64,000 nucleotides of DNA from Clostridia bacterium (GCA_045594045.1 JAZNXV010000034.1:1075-65074); one strand, 5' to 3'; positions 26,322 to 36,311 are shown, counted from the first letter of the stretch. Made by a program: numbers and translations. The notes: generated from the sequence alone by a model not told the origin.

Positions 26322-28420
26322 TGAAACGGTTATTCTTAAAACTTATTATTCTAACCGTAAGCATATGCTCAATCGTGCTTTTGTGTACGTCGTGCGCAGG
26401 TCATTCCTACGACGGCGTTGCCACAGCGTATCTGAATGCTTTTACTCGGTTTGATTACAAGGCTATGTACGATATGCTTACACCCGGTTCTCAAGGACGC
26501 GTTGATTATGATGAATTTGTGGAATATCATAAAAAGGTATATGACTTATTAAAGATTAAATCCGTTACGGTTCAAAGAGGGAACAGCGTCGATAACGGAA
26601 ACTCCGTATCATTTGATTACACGGCGAACTTTGTTTCCGCTGAATACGGTGAATTTTCTTATGATATGCAGCTTGAGGTCTATAAAAAGACAAAGTTTTA
26701 CCTTGTAGCGTGGACTCCTGCTAACGTCGTTCCTCAAATGAACTGGTACGATAGGATTTTTGCTTCTGAAATTCAAGGCAAGCGCGGTGAGATTTTTGAC
26801 CGCGACGGCAGGGTAATTGTGCAAAATGATTATGCGGTCACCGTCTATGCGGATAAGACTAAGGTTGGCGATAATGCCGAAAGCACCGCTGCGTTGGTAG
26901 CAAGCGCCCTAAAGCTTGATAAAGAAGAGGTGCTTGGAAAATACAATAAAACGTCAGGGAATACGGGTATTTTTGCTACGTTCTTTAAGGGGGAGCTGTC
27001 GGTTGAACAGGAAGAGGCTCTTAAAGGCATTGAAAACGTTTACGTTGACCGCGATTCCATAACGCCTATCAGGTATTATCCTTATAAGGAGGCTCTTGCA
27101 CAAACTTTAGGGTATTCAACACCTATAACACCGGAGGACAGAGAAAAAGAAGAGTATAAATTCCTGGCGGAAGGCACGCGCATAGGCAGAAGTGGATTGG
27201 AAGCTGCTTTTGATTCCTATTTGCAGGCGGAATCGGGCTTGCAGATTTATCTTCTTTCAGATGACAGTAAAACAAAGACCGTTCTTTATGAAAAGCCTGC
27301 CAGAAACGGCTATGATTTGAAATTGACGGTAGATATTCTCCTGCAAAAGAACGTTACAGATTATATGGCAGAAAAATACGGTAAGGACTGTTCGGGTACT
27401 GCAACCGTTATTGTGCCAACAAGCGGTGCCGTAACGGCTATGGTAAGCTATCCCAGCTATGACGCAAATATTTTTGCGTATGATAAAGCCACAAATTACG
27501 GCGACTTGTTTGAAAACAAATTAACTCCCTTGCTTAACAGAAATATTCAGGGTACGTACCCACCGGGCTCAATATTTAAGTCGATGATGGCTTTAATAGG
27601 GTTAGATTCGCAAAAGGTGGCAGTTTCAACTGTATTTCCTTATGAAGACGAGATTCAATATTATACTAACGAAAAAGAGCGTTGGCGTCCTAAGGGAAGT
27701 AATTGGTCAAATTATATTGTTCGTCAGTCTTTCCCAAATGCAGGGTATAAGGGAAAACTGGATATGAACAGAGGTCTGATTTGGTCAGATAATATTTATT
27801 TTGGTTGGCTTGCTATGCAGGTGGGGAAGACTAATATGTTGTCCTACGCATCAAAGATTGGTATAGGCGACGATTTTCCCTTTGAACTTAACGTAAAAAA
27901 ATCTCAAATGTACGGAAAAGAAGAAACCTTGAACAGTTTAAAGCTTCTCGCCGATACGGGTTTCGGTCAGGCAGAAATGCTTTTTACTCCGTTGCAATTA
28001 TGCAGTTCGTTTTCTTTGTTTGGAAATTCGGGCACGATAATGCAACCGTATATAGTGCAAAGTGTTTGCACAACGAATGAATTAGGGGAGCTTGTTCCCC
28101 AAAACATCACCGAAACAAAGGTCTTTAAGAAGGCCTTCGGTGAAACCGTCACTTTAACGGTGCGCTCAATACTTGAAAAAACTGCAACTCAGGGTACAGG
28201 CAAAAGCGGTGTTACAGGATTAACTAACACAATGCGAATTGCCGCCAAAACGGGTACTGCACAGACGAGCGCAAATGAGACAGGTGAGGTTGGCTGGTAC
28301 GCCGGCATTGTTATTGAAGGTGGAGAAAAATCCGCCGTGCTTGTAAGCGCTGATATCAGTGACTTAAAGTTTGCTTGCGTAAATTATGTTTTCAGTCAAC
28401 TTAAGGACGGAAACGTTTAA
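26321..28420 (+). CDS. class B penicillin-binding protein (PBP2a/MecA-like N-terminal domain + transpeptidase)
   Basis: Motifs SxxK (PPGSIFK), SxN (WSDNIYF) and KTG (AAKTGTAQ). The N-terminal ~120 aa are NTF2-like. GTG start. Confidence 0.85.
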   Translation: MKRLFLKLIILTVSICSIVLLCTSCAGHSYDGVATAYLNAFTRFDYKAMYDMLTPGSQGRVDYDEFVEYHKKVYDLLKIKSVTVQRGNSVDNGNSVSFDYTANFVSAEYGEFSYDMQLEVYKKTKFYLVAWTPANVVPQMNWYDRIFASEIQGKRGEIFDRDGRVIVQNDYAVTVYADKTKVGDNAESTAALVASALKLDKEEVLGKYNKTSGNTGIFATFFKGELSVEQEEALKGIENVYVDRDSITPIRYYPYKEALAQTLGYSTPITPEDREKEEYKFLAEGTRIGRSGLEAAFDSYLQAESGLQIYLLSDDSKTKTVLYEKPARNGYDLKLTVDILLQKNVTDYMAEKYGKDCSGTATVIVPTSGAVTAMVSYPSYDANIFAYDKATNYGDLFENKLTPLLNRNIQGTYPPGSIFKSMMALIGLDSQKVAVSTVFPYEDEIQYYTNEKERWRPKGSNWSNYIVRQSFPNAGYKGKLDMNRGLIWSDNIYFGWLAMQVGKTNMLSYASKIGIGDDFPFELNVKKSQMYGKEETLNSLKLLADTGFGQAEMLFTPLQLCSSFSLFGNSGTIMQPYIVQSVCTTNELGELVPQNITETKVFKKAFGETVTLTVRSILEKTATQGTGKSGVTGLTNTMRIAAKTGTAQTSANETGEVGWYAGIVIEGGEKSAVLVSADISDLKFACVNYVFSQLKDGNV

Positions 28421-28434
28421 ATGGAGGTCTCATT

Positions 28435-29487
28435 ATGGGAAAAAAAGACGGTAACTTTATTACTAACTTGTTGCGCAGATGGTTTTTAGATGCGTTTAGT
28501 GCAATGGCTTTAGGCGTTTTTGCAACGCTCTTGATCGGAACTATTTTAGGTCAGATTGGCATTTGGACGAAGCTTGAAATCTTTTCTACCTTTGCAAGCT
28601 ATGCCAAAAACGGTCTTGTTGTAGGCGCGGCAATCGGTGCAGCTGTTGCCAACGGCTTAAAAACAAAACCATTGGTTATGCTTTCGGCAACCGTATGCGG
28701 TGCTATTGCATATCAGGAGGGCGGCGGTCCGTTAGGGGCATATATTGCGGCATTAGTTGGAAGCGAACTTTCAAATTTAGTTGCAGGTAAAACACGCTTT
28801 GATATTTTACTCGTACCAAGTGTAAGCATCTTGTCGGGCGGCACTGTGGGAATTTTTACAGGTCCGTATATTGATAGCTTCTGCGATTGGATTGGTGAGC
28901 AAATAAGCATTTCAATGGCGCTTCAACCTGCACTTATGGGCTTGGTTGTTGCGGTAGTAATGGGCCTTGCTTTGACAGCTCCCATTTCAAGTGCGGCAAT
29001 ATCCGTAGTAGTTTTTAGAAGCGAGCTGTTTACAGACGATTCTGCTATTGCTCTTGCGGCAGGCGCGGCAACAGTAGGTTGTTGTTGTCAAATGGTGGGC
29101 TTTGCAGTATCTTCCTGGAGAGAAAACGGCTTCGGCGGTTTCCTTGCTCAAGGCTTAGGCACTTCAATGCTTCAGGTTCCCAACATTATAAAGCATCCGC
29201 TTATTCTTATACCCCCAACACTTGCGTCTGCAATTTTAGGTCCTGTTGCGGCAACGCTTTTGCCCGTTGAAAACGGTGCAGGCGTTTATGGAGGAATGGG
29301 TACTTGCGGTCTTGTGGGCCCTGCAGGAATGTGGGGGCAAATGATGGCAGGCGGCTTCGATTGGTTTGCTTTAGTAAAAATCTTATTGCTGTGCGTTATC
29401 TTACCTGCGGCACTTTCCTTGGCTATCTCCGAGGTTATGCGCAAGGCAGGTTGGATTAAGCAGGGCGATATGAAATTAGATTTATAA
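28435..29487 (+). CDS. PTS EIIC_2-family membrane protein (orphan EIIC-like)
   Basis: The N-terminus LLRRWFLDAFSAMALGVFATLLIGTILGQIG is typical of PF13303-type EIIC proteins. No EIIA, EIIB, HPr or EI gene is nearby. Confidence 0.6.
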   Translation: MGKKDGNFITNLLRRWFLDAFSAMALGVFATLLIGTILGQIGIWTKLEIFSTFASYAKNGLVVGAAIGAAVANGLKTKPLVMLSATVCGAIAYQEGGGPLGAYIAALVGSELSNLVAGKTRFDILLVPSVSILSGGTVGIFTGPYIDSFCDWIGEQISISMALQPALMGLVVAVVMGLALTAPISSAAISVVVFRSELFTDDSAIALAAGAATVGCCCQMVGFAVSSWRENGFGGFLAQGLGTSMLQVPNIIKHPLILIPPTLASAILGPVAATLLPVENGAGVYGGMGTCGLVGPAGMWGQMMAGGFDWFALVKILLLCVILPAALSLAISEVMRKAGWIKQGDMKLDL

Positions 29488-29493
29488 AAAATT

Positions 29494-29523
29494 GCGGGCA
29501 CTTTGTGTGCTCGCTTTTTTTGT
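29494..29523 (+). terminator. intrinsic terminator
   Basis: GCGGGCAC pairs with GTGCTCGC, followed by TTTTTTTTG. Confidence 0.8.
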
Positions 29524-29635
29524 TTTGCACGATTTTTAACCGAGTTTTTATAAAAAATAAAAATATGCTTTATTTTAACGGAAAAGTGTTGTATAATGTA
29601 TGTAGTTATTATGTATAAGACTATGGGAGAAATTT

Positions 29636-30235
29636 ATGAAAAAATTTATTACAGTATTAATTTCGGTATTATTATGTCTTTGCTTGGGTGCTTGTTCTAC
29701 AGGAACACAAGAACTTGAGTTCTTCGGCTTGTTTAACAAAGATATAGTTTTGAATAGAATGATGATTATTAACGAAAAATGCGGAGAGAAATTTGCTGTT
29801 GAAAATACTACCGTTTTGCCTATGGAAGAAGATACAAGCGTATGGGAAATAAAAGCAACGGAATTTACGGTAAGATATTTGTTTGACGGCACTCAGGTAG
29901 AAGCTTTTTTTGAAGATGTGGAAGCAAACAATAAGAGTGAAGCGGTTAAAACCCTTAGCAATATTTTAAAAATTTTCACAAAAGATTATAACGATAACAG
30001 CTTTGCGAATAACGTAAATACTCAAGAGGGTTTTGAAGAGAGTAAATATAATCTGCTGGACCGCCTCGAAAACAATCCTCAACGCATAATAAATTTAATA
30101 GGAAACGGCACAAGTGAGTTCGTTGTAAAAAACTTTAATTCGCAAGGTTTTAATATAAGCTTTGAGCAAAGAACCCGCTCTTATGAAGACGGTACGGTTA
30201 AATACGATTTTTATTTTGTTGGAGAGAAAGCTTAA
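29636..30235 (+). CDS. hypothetical lipoprotein
   Basis: Signal peptide and lipobox MKKFITVLISVLLCLCLGAC. Confidence 0.7.
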   Translation: MKKFITVLISVLLCLCLGACSTGTQELEFFGLFNKDIVLNRMMIINEKCGEKFAVENTTVLPMEEDTSVWEIKATEFTVRYLFDGTQVEAFFEDVEANNKSEAVKTLSNILKIFTKDYNDNSFANNVNTQEGFEESKYNLLDRLENNPQRIINLIGNGTSEFVVKNFNSQGFNISFEQRTRSYEDGTVKYDFYFVGEKA

Positions 30236-30236
30236 T

Positions 30237-30773
30237 ATGATAAATATTACTGAACAAGCAAAAAAAGCAACTGAAGAACTTTTAGAAGCAGCACAATTAA
30301 AAAGTGGAGATTTATTTGTGGTAGGCTGTTCGTCAAGTGAAATTATCGGTGGCCATATTGGCAAAGAATCAAGCATTGAAGCTGCACAAGCAGCATTTAA
30401 CGGCATCTATTCAGTTCTTAATAAAAAAGGTGTGTATTTGGCGGCTCAATGCTGTGAGCATCTTAACAGAGCAATCATTCTTGAAAAAGAAGCGGCTGAA
30501 AAGTTCGGATACGAAATCGTTTCGGTTGTTCCGCAACCCAAAGCAGGTGGTTCTTTTGCAACAACTGCTTACAAAAATTTTAAAGAACCTGTTGCAGTTG
30601 AAACGGTAAAAGCAAGTGCGGGAATGGATATAGGCGGTACTCTTATAGGAATGCACTTAAAAGCAGTTGCCGTTCCCGTTAGGCTTTCCATCGATAAGAT
30701 TGGCGAAGCAATTTTGCTGTGTGCACGTACAAGACCCAAGTATATCGGCGGTGAAAGAGCAAAATATAATTAA
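30237..30773 (+). CDS. UPF0340/TIGR01440-family protein (YwlG-like)
   Basis: MINITEQAKKATEELLEAAQLKSGDLFVVGCSSSEIIGGHIG matches the YwlG-family N-terminus. The start is trimmed to ATG 30237, 1 nt after the upstream stop. Confidence 0.75.
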   Translation: MINITEQAKKATEELLEAAQLKSGDLFVVGCSSSEIIGGHIGKESSIEAAQAAFNGIYSVLNKKGVYLAAQCCEHLNRAIILEKEAAEKFGYEIVSVVPQPKAGGSFATTAYKNFKEPVAVETVKASAGMDIGGTLIGMHLKAVAVPVRLSIDKIGEAILLCARTRPKYIGGERAKYN

Positions 30774-30783
30774 GGGGTAAAAA

Positions 30784-32691
30784 ATGATTGGTGCAGGCTT
30801 CGGCGGACCTATGGGACCGCCATCAAACAAAATTAACGATAAAAATAAAGAGCCGTTGCCTAAAAACATAAAAGAAGTTCCAAGATATTTAAAGAACACC
30901 TTTAAATCGTTTTTTTCGCGGCTTTTTTATATTTTTAAGCTTGTGTGGGAAACAAGCCCTTGGATTTTAATCGTTATGATGATAATAGCCCTTTTAAACG
31001 GTGTGCTGCCCGTTTTCGGCACGTACATTACTGCTCGGATAATTAACGAGCTGTCTGTAACGGTTAAAGGGGTTGACGTTGCTGCAAGCACGATTATTTC
31101 CTTGTTTGTGGTACAGTTCGTGTATCTTTTCTTAACAAGAGTTACGGCAAACGTAAATAACGTTTTATCTAATTTGTCCGGTGAAATGGTAACTAACCAT
31201 ATTCGCCGTAAAATTATGAAAAAAACAAAGGACATAGATATTGCGTGCTTCGACTTGCCCGATTTTTACGAAAAGCTTGAAAATGCCAATAGGGAAGCAG
31301 GTATGCGTCCCATACAAATATTAAACAGCTCGTTTAACGTAATAAGCACTACGGTAAGTATGATAAGCTTTATTGCTATTTTAGTTTCCGTAAGCTTTTG
31401 GGCGCCGCTTTTGGTGGGATTGTTGGCTTTGCCGTCAACAATAGTCAGCTTTGTGTTCAGAAAAAAGCGTGTTAACTATATGCGCAGGCGTTCTAAGGCA
31501 AGGCATCAAATGAACTATTATTCTTCTACCATAGTAAACAAGGATATGGTAAAGGAAATGCGCCTTTTAGGCTTGAACGAGGATTTTGAAAACAGATACG
31601 ATAAAGTATTTAATGATTATTTCAAAGGCTTAAAGAATATAATATTATCGGAGGGCTTCTGGAATATAACGTTAGGCCTGTTGAGGATAGTTGCAAGCAG
31701 TGTTCTGTTTTATTTTATTGCAACATTAGTTCTTCAAAAACAGATACAAATAGGCGATTATTCCTTCTATACAGGCGCTTTGACTGCTATCGGCGAAGGT
31801 ATAAGCACGCTTATAGTAGGCACGTCTGCAGTTTATGAGGGTACACTGTTTATTGATAACCTTATTTCGTTTATGAAGCAAAAAAGCAATATCGTGCCTG
31901 TGGGCGAGCCGATTATGCCTAAAACAAACACAGGACATACCATTGAGTTTAAGAACGTAAGCTTTAAATATCCGGGTACTGATAAATACGTGCTTAAGGA
32001 TTTTAATTTTACGTTAAACAGCGGCGAAACCGTTGCACTTGTGGGCCTTAACGGTGCAGGTAAAACAACGATTATTAAATTACTTACAAGGCTTTATGAC
32101 GTAACGGACGGCGTTGTGCTCCTTGACGGAATTGACATTCGTTCATATGACGTGCGCGCACTTTACGATTTGTTCGGAATAGTATTTCAGGATTTCGGCA
32201 GATATGCGGTAACGGTTGAGGAAAATATCAGGTTTGGCAGAATAAATAAAAACGCAGATTTTTCAACAGTTATCGATTCTGCAGAAAAAAGTGACGCCGA
32301 AGAGTACATAAACAAGTTACCTAGAGGATTCGAAACACCTCTTATGCGATTCTTTGAAGACGACGGTATTGAACTTTCAACGGGTCAATGGCAAAAGCTT
32401 GCGGTGGCAAGAGCCTTTTACGCCGATTCCGATATTTTGATTTTAGACGAGCCTACTGCTTCCTTGGACGCGTTGGCAGAGCAGGCAATTTTTAGGCAGT
32501 TTGATTTGCTTCGTAAGGGAAAAACAACTTTGTTTGTATCTCATAGGCTTTCAAGCGCGGTAATGGCAGACAGAATTGTTGTAGTAAAGAACGGAAGCTT
32601 GCTTGAGGAAGGTACTCACAAGGAATTAATGGCAAAGAAGGGTGAATATTTCACTATGTTTGAGGCTCAAGCGGAAAAATACAGAGAATAA
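30784..32691 (+). CDS. ABC exporter, fused permease/ATPase
   Basis: Motifs GLNGAGKTTIIKLL, LSTGQWQKLAVARAF and LILDEPTASLD, with a six-TM N-terminal domain and a Gly/Pro-rich N-terminal tail. Confidence 0.85.
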   Translation: MIGAGFGGPMGPPSNKINDKNKEPLPKNIKEVPRYLKNTFKSFFSRLFYIFKLVWETSPWILIVMMIIALLNGVLPVFGTYITARIINELSVTVKGVDVAASTIISLFVVQFVYLFLTRVTANVNNVLSNLSGEMVTNHIRRKIMKKTKDIDIACFDLPDFYEKLENANREAGMRPIQILNSSFNVISTTVSMISFIAILVSVSFWAPLLVGLLALPSTIVSFVFRKKRVNYMRRRSKARHQMNYYSSTIVNKDMVKEMRLLGLNEDFENRYDKVFNDYFKGLKNIILSEGFWNITLGLLRIVASSVLFYFIATLVLQKQIQIGDYSFYTGALTAIGEGISTLIVGTSAVYEGTLFIDNLISFMKQKSNIVPVGEPIMPKTNTGHTIEFKNVSFKYPGTDKYVLKDFNFTLNSGETVALVGLNGAGKTTIIKLLTRLYDVTDGVVLLDGIDIRSYDVRALYDLFGIVFQDFGRYAVTVEENIRFGRINKNADFSTVIDSAEKSDAEEYINKLPRGFETPLMRFFEDDGIELSTGQWQKLAVARAFYADSDILILDEPTASLDALAEQAIFRQFDLLRKGKTTLFVSHRLSSAVMADRIVVVKNGSLLEEGTHKELMAKKGEYFTMFEAQAEKYRE

Positions 32692-32722
32692 TTAAACATT
32701 TTATAAAAATATTAAAAAAAGT

Positions 32723-32751
32723 TTGACTATTGTGTGTAAAAGTGATATTAT
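32723..32751 (+). promoter_or_regulatory. sigma-A-type promoter of the sortase locus
   Basis: TTGACT (32723-28), a 17-nt spacer, then TGaTATTAT (32743-51). Confidence 0.55.
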
Positions 32752-32804
32752 AGTGTATGAATAGAATATGTATCCGATAAAAATGATTTAAGGAGATAGA
32801 TATT

Positions 32805-33341
32805 ATGAAAAAGATTTTAGTTATGCTTATGATTGTTGCTCTTTTAGTTTGCAGTGCAATTTCAGTTTCTGCTGCAACAGAGGACGATTTAATTGCAAAG
32901 CTCAAGGAAATTCCTGCTGCTAATAATGCTTCGTTTTTAAACGGTGCAATTAAGCTTATTAAGGAACAGGATTTTACAGAGGGAGAAATCGATCAGCTTA
33001 TTCTTATTCTTGATCGTGCAAAGGCAATTTTGCCCGAAAACAAGGGTGCTGCTGCAAGAAACTATACACCTCAGCAAATTCAAGGTATCATCGCATTGCT
33101 TGATGAAGCTTGTACTGTTACAAATTACAGCTATAAGTTTGAAGTGCTTCCCAGCAGAGACACCACAGTTGATTTCTTCAATGACAAGGGCGAGCTTATT
33201 CTTGAGTATAATGACGGTAAGGTTAATGCAACCGGTGTTGAAGAAACCTTAGGCAACGGATATATTTATCTTGCTGCAGGGTTAGCAGTTCTTGTTGCTG
33301 CAGGCGCTTTCATCGTAATACGCAAAAGAGAAAACGCATAA
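32805..33341 (+). CDS. secreted protein with C-terminal sorting-signal-like tail (candidate sortase substrate)
   Basis: Signal peptide MKKILVMLMIVALLVCSAISVSA. The C-terminus reads VNATGVEETLGNGYIYLAAGLAVLVAAGAFIVIRKRENA, a hydrophobic helix followed by a basic tail. Confidence 0.65.
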   Translation: MKKILVMLMIVALLVCSAISVSAATEDDLIAKLKEIPAANNASFLNGAIKLIKEQDFTEGEIDQLILILDRAKAILPENKGAAARNYTPQQIQGIIALLDEACTVTNYSYKFEVLPSRDTTVDFFNDKGELILEYNDGKVNATGVEETLGNGYIYLAAGLAVLVAAGAFIVIRKRENA

Positions 33342-33353
33342 TTAGGTAATTTT

Positions 33354-34043
33354 ATGAAGAACAATGGCGTTATAAAGCAGTTTACTATGCTTTGTACGCC
33401 TTTTCTTTTATATATAATAGCCGTGGGACTCTTATGTATGTTTGTGTTTTCAACGTTTATCGAGCCTTCTGCTGTTTGGAGTGTTGTTATGCGCGGCGGT
33501 GATGTTACGTATCAGGAAAGCGGTATTGATCATAATATCGATTACGTTCAGCCAAAGCCGATTGTTGACGACATAAAAGAAGAGACGTACTATGATATTA
33601 ACGAATTCCCGACAATTAAATGGGGCAAAAAATGGGCAACCATTTCAGTTGCTTACTTAGGTGCAAAGGATATACCTGTTTATGAGGGCGATTCTAAAAA
33701 AATGTTGGATTACGGGGTAGCTCATTACTTTTTTTCAAGAATGCCGGGACAAGGTGGTAACTGCGTTTTATCCTTTCACGTAAACAGACAACGCGAGCTG
33801 TATTATTTGGAGGATCTGCCTATAGGCGAGCTGATAGAAATAAATACGTCCTACGGAAAATACGTTTACGAGGTTTCCTCTAAGGATGTTTTTGAAGCAA
33901 ATGATGAAAGCTATATAGTTCGCGATGGCGAAGATATGCTTACAATTTATACCTGTTATCCCAAACAGGGTCCGTACCGTAAAAAGCGCATAGCAATTAC
34001 TGCGATTCTTGATAAAGACCTTAGTGACCCGTCGTGGAGGTAA
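33354..34043 (+). CDS. sortase-family transpeptidase
   Basis: N-terminal TM anchor, His region VLSFHVNR, catalytic Cys in LTIYTCYP and a downstream Arg (RKKRIAITA). Confidence 0.8.
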   Translation: MKNNGVIKQFTMLCTPFLLYIIAVGLLCMFVFSTFIEPSAVWSVVMRGGDVTYQESGIDHNIDYVQPKPIVDDIKEETYYDINEFPTIKWGKKWATISVAYLGAKDIPVYEGDSKKMLDYGVAHYFFSRMPGQGGNCVLSFHVNRQRELYYLEDLPIGELIEINTSYGKYVYEVSSKDVFEANDESYIVRDGEDMLTIYTCYPKQGPYRKKRIAITAILDKDLSDPSWR

Positions 34044-34045
34044 GT

Positions 34046-34978
34046 ATGAAAGAAAAAATCTATTACAAGCCGCGACTGTGGAAAAAATTTGTGCGTTTTA
34101 TTTTAGACGTGCTGGCATCAGTGCTCGTTATAAGCTCGGTACTGTGCTCGTTGGTATCTAATTTCTTAATAAATCCCGAAGCATACAGAGATTGCATCAT
34201 TACAAGCGAATTCGACAGTGAAGTTATTGCAAGTGTCAGAGATTCGGTGCGTGCATCAAGCTCGGTAGCAGAATTGAATGCAGATGCAGTTGTTGCTGCG
34301 GTGGGTGAAGATAGGCTTATTGCTTATTCACACGAATATACAATAGCTTTCCTTGATTCTCTTTTTAACGGAACTGATTTTGAATTTAAGCAATTTGAAG
34401 CCAACGGACTAAAGGCAGAGATTGTTCGCCAGATGGATAATTATGATGAGGTTGACGTTGTTACAGATAAAGAAATTGACGAATTGTACGAATACACCTT
34501 GAAAAATATCCGCACAGCCCTTACATACATTCCTAATTTAATACTTTCGCTTACACCGAAGCTTGCAGGTGTATTTGGGGTGCTTAAGAATCTTGTTAAG
34601 ATGGAAATTCCTTTATACCTGATAAGTTTTGCGGTAATTACATGCAACTTTTTGTTTGGCGGAAAAAGGCATGTGTTTGATGTGCTCTTCGGCACGGTAA
34701 GTGGCATTTGGGTTGCTGCTTGCACGGTTGAGGTGCCGCTTGCTATGGCGGCGATATATAATATTCCTTCAAGGCTTGCTTTAAGTAAAACCACTTTTTA
34801 TTATTTAATAAAAGGTATGACGGATACACTTATAACAAAATCAGCTACTGTGCTTGGTATAATGTTTTCTGTTATAACGATGGCACTTATTGCCGTATGC
34901 ATAGTATGCGTAAAGGTAAAAATGAAAAGAAAAAATACCGAGCAATCTTTTTATAGAGCTGAATTTGATGAAAATTAA
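34046..34978 (+). CDS. hypothetical polytopic membrane protein
   Basis: ATG at 34046 follows GGAGG, 2 nt after the sortase stop. Several TM helices flank a soluble loop. Confidence 0.6.
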   Translation: MKEKIYYKPRLWKKFVRFILDVLASVLVISSVLCSLVSNFLINPEAYRDCIITSEFDSEVIASVRDSVRASSSVAELNADAVVAAVGEDRLIAYSHEYTIAFLDSLFNGTDFEFKQFEANGLKAEIVRQMDNYDEVDVVTDKEIDELYEYTLKNIRTALTYIPNLILSLTPKLAGVFGVLKNLVKMEIPLYLISFAVITCNFLFGGKRHVFDVLFGTVSGIWVAACTVEVPLAMAAIYNIPSRLALSKTTFYYLIKGMTDTLITKSATVLGIMFSVITMALIAVCIVCVKVKMKRKNTEQSFYRAEFDEN

Positions 34979-34986
34979 AAAAGTTG

Positions 34987-35015
34987 TTGACAAAAACATT
35001 TAACAGTAGTATTAT
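34987..35015 (+). promoter_or_regulatory. sigma-A-type promoter of infC-rpmI-rplT
   Basis: TTGACA (34987-92), a 17-nt spacer, then TATTAT (35010-15). Confidence 0.55.
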
Positions 35016-35019
35016 AATC

Positions 35020-35128
35020 AAGCAAAGTAGGAGCTGCCCGCTTCTCACCTGTCAGTAATTGCGCTGCACACGGTTATTTTTAGGCTGATATTTATGCGGG
35101 TAGTTTGTGCTGCCCGCATTATTTTTTT
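35020..35128 (+). promoter_or_regulatory. L20-leader-like attenuator upstream of infC
   Basis: The terminator ATGCGGG (35094-100) / CCCGCAT (35113-19) plus TATTTTTTT lies just before the infC RBS. An upstream GCTGCCCGC copy (35052-61) offers alternative pairing to GCGGG. The position matches Firmicute L20 autoregulation. Confidence 0.6.
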
Positions 35129-35141
35129 GGAGGTGTTCAAT

Positions 35142-35645
35142 ATTACAGAATTAGCGATTAATGATGAAATAAGAGAAAAAGAGGTTCGTCTTATTAGTGC
35201 CGAAGGTGCACAGCTTGGTATTGTACCTATTGAGCAAGCTATGCGTATGGCTGATCAGGAGAATTTAGACCTTTGTTTGATTTCACCTAAAGCTGTTCCG
35301 CCGGTTTGCAAGATTATGGATTACGGTAAGTACCGCTTTGAAACTCAAAAGAGAGAAAAGGAAAACCGTAAGAACCAAAAGGTTATTGCTTTGCACGAAA
35401 TACAGCTTTCTGCAACCATTGAAAAGCACGATATGGAAGTTAAAGCAAAGAAGGCACGTGAGTTTATAAAGGCCGGCGACAAGGTTAAGGTTTCTATCAG
35501 ATTCCGCGCTCGCCAAATTACTCATCCGGAAATCGGTCATCAAATTATGTCGCTTTTTTGCGAAATGTTGAAGGATGAAGCCAAAGTTGAGAAGAAGCCC
35601 GCGTTAGAGGGAAGAAATCTCATAATGATAATGTCTGCATTATAA
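35142..35645 (+). CDS. infC: translation initiation factor IF-3
   Basis: ITELAINDEIREKEVRLISAEGAQLGIV... The start is assigned to ATT at 35142, 6 nt after GGAGGTG. The ORF-track ATG at 35094 lies inside the leader terminator hairpin. Confidence 0.85.
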   Translation: MTELAINDEIREKEVRLISAEGAQLGIVPIEQAMRMADQENLDLCLISPKAVPPVCKIMDYGKYRFETQKREKENRKNQKVIALHEIQLSATIEKHDMEVKAKKAREFIKAGDKVKVSIRFRARQITHPEIGHQIMSLFCEMLKDEAKVEKKPALEGRNLIMIMSAL

Positions 35646-35667
35646 ATCTTTTAGGAGGTAAAATACT

Positions 35668-35865
35668 ATGCCAAAAATGAAAACCCACAGAGGTGCGGCA
35701 AAAAGATTTGCTCTTACCGCATCAGGAAAAATTAAGAGAGGTAAGGCTTACAGAAGCCATATCTTAACAAAGAAGTCAACAAAGAGAAAAAGAAATTTGC
35801 GTCAGGGCGGCTATATTGCCGAGTGCGAAGCAAAGAACGTTCGCAACCTTATCCCTTACAAGTAA
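35668..35865 (+). CDS. rpmI: 50S ribosomal protein L35
   Basis: [14 protein letters not shown]... and an AGGAGG RBS. Confidence 0.95.
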   Translation: MPKMKTHRGAAKRFALTASGKIKRGKAYRSHILTKKSTKRKRNLRQGGYIAECEAKNVRNLIPYK

Positions 35866-35884
35866 GCTTTAGGAGGAAAAAGAA

Positions 35885-36235
35885 ATGAGAGTTAAAAGAG
35901 CTTTAAATACAAAAAAGAATCATAAGAAAGTCCTTAAGCTTGCAAAAGGCTATTTTGGTGCAAAGAGCAGACAGTTCCGTGTAGCAAACCAAGCTGTAAT
36001 GAAATCACAAGCTTACGCTTATGTTGGCCGTAAGCTTAAGAAGAGAGATTTCCGTGCTCTTTGGATTACACGTATCAACGCTGCAGCAAGAATGAACGGT
36101 CTTAACTACAGCAAGCTTATTAACGGTCTTAAGAAGGCAGGCATTGAAATTAACCGTAAAATGCTTGCGGAATTAGCTGTTTATAACGCTGAAGCTTTTG
36201 CACAGCTTGCCGAAGTTGCTAAAAAGAACATTTAA
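35885..36235 (+). CDS. rplT: 50S ribosomal protein L20
   Basis: [29 protein letters not shown]... Confidence 0.95.
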   Translation: MRVKRALNTKKNHKKVLKLAKGYFGAKSRQFRVANQAVMKSQAYAYVGRKLKKRDFRALWITRINAAARMNGLNYSKLINGLKKAGIEINRKMLAELAVYNAEAFAQLAEVAKKNI

Positions 36236-36244
36236 TTAAAAGTT

Positions 36245-36276
36245 GTGCGCAATTAAATATTGCGCACTTTTTATTT
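36245..36276 (+). terminator. intrinsic terminator
   Basis: GTGCGCAAT pairs with ATTGCGCAC, followed by TTTTTATTT. Confidence 0.85.
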
Positions 36277-36311
36277 AAGAAAAAAATGTTATATTGCACT
36301 AAGGTGGAAAT

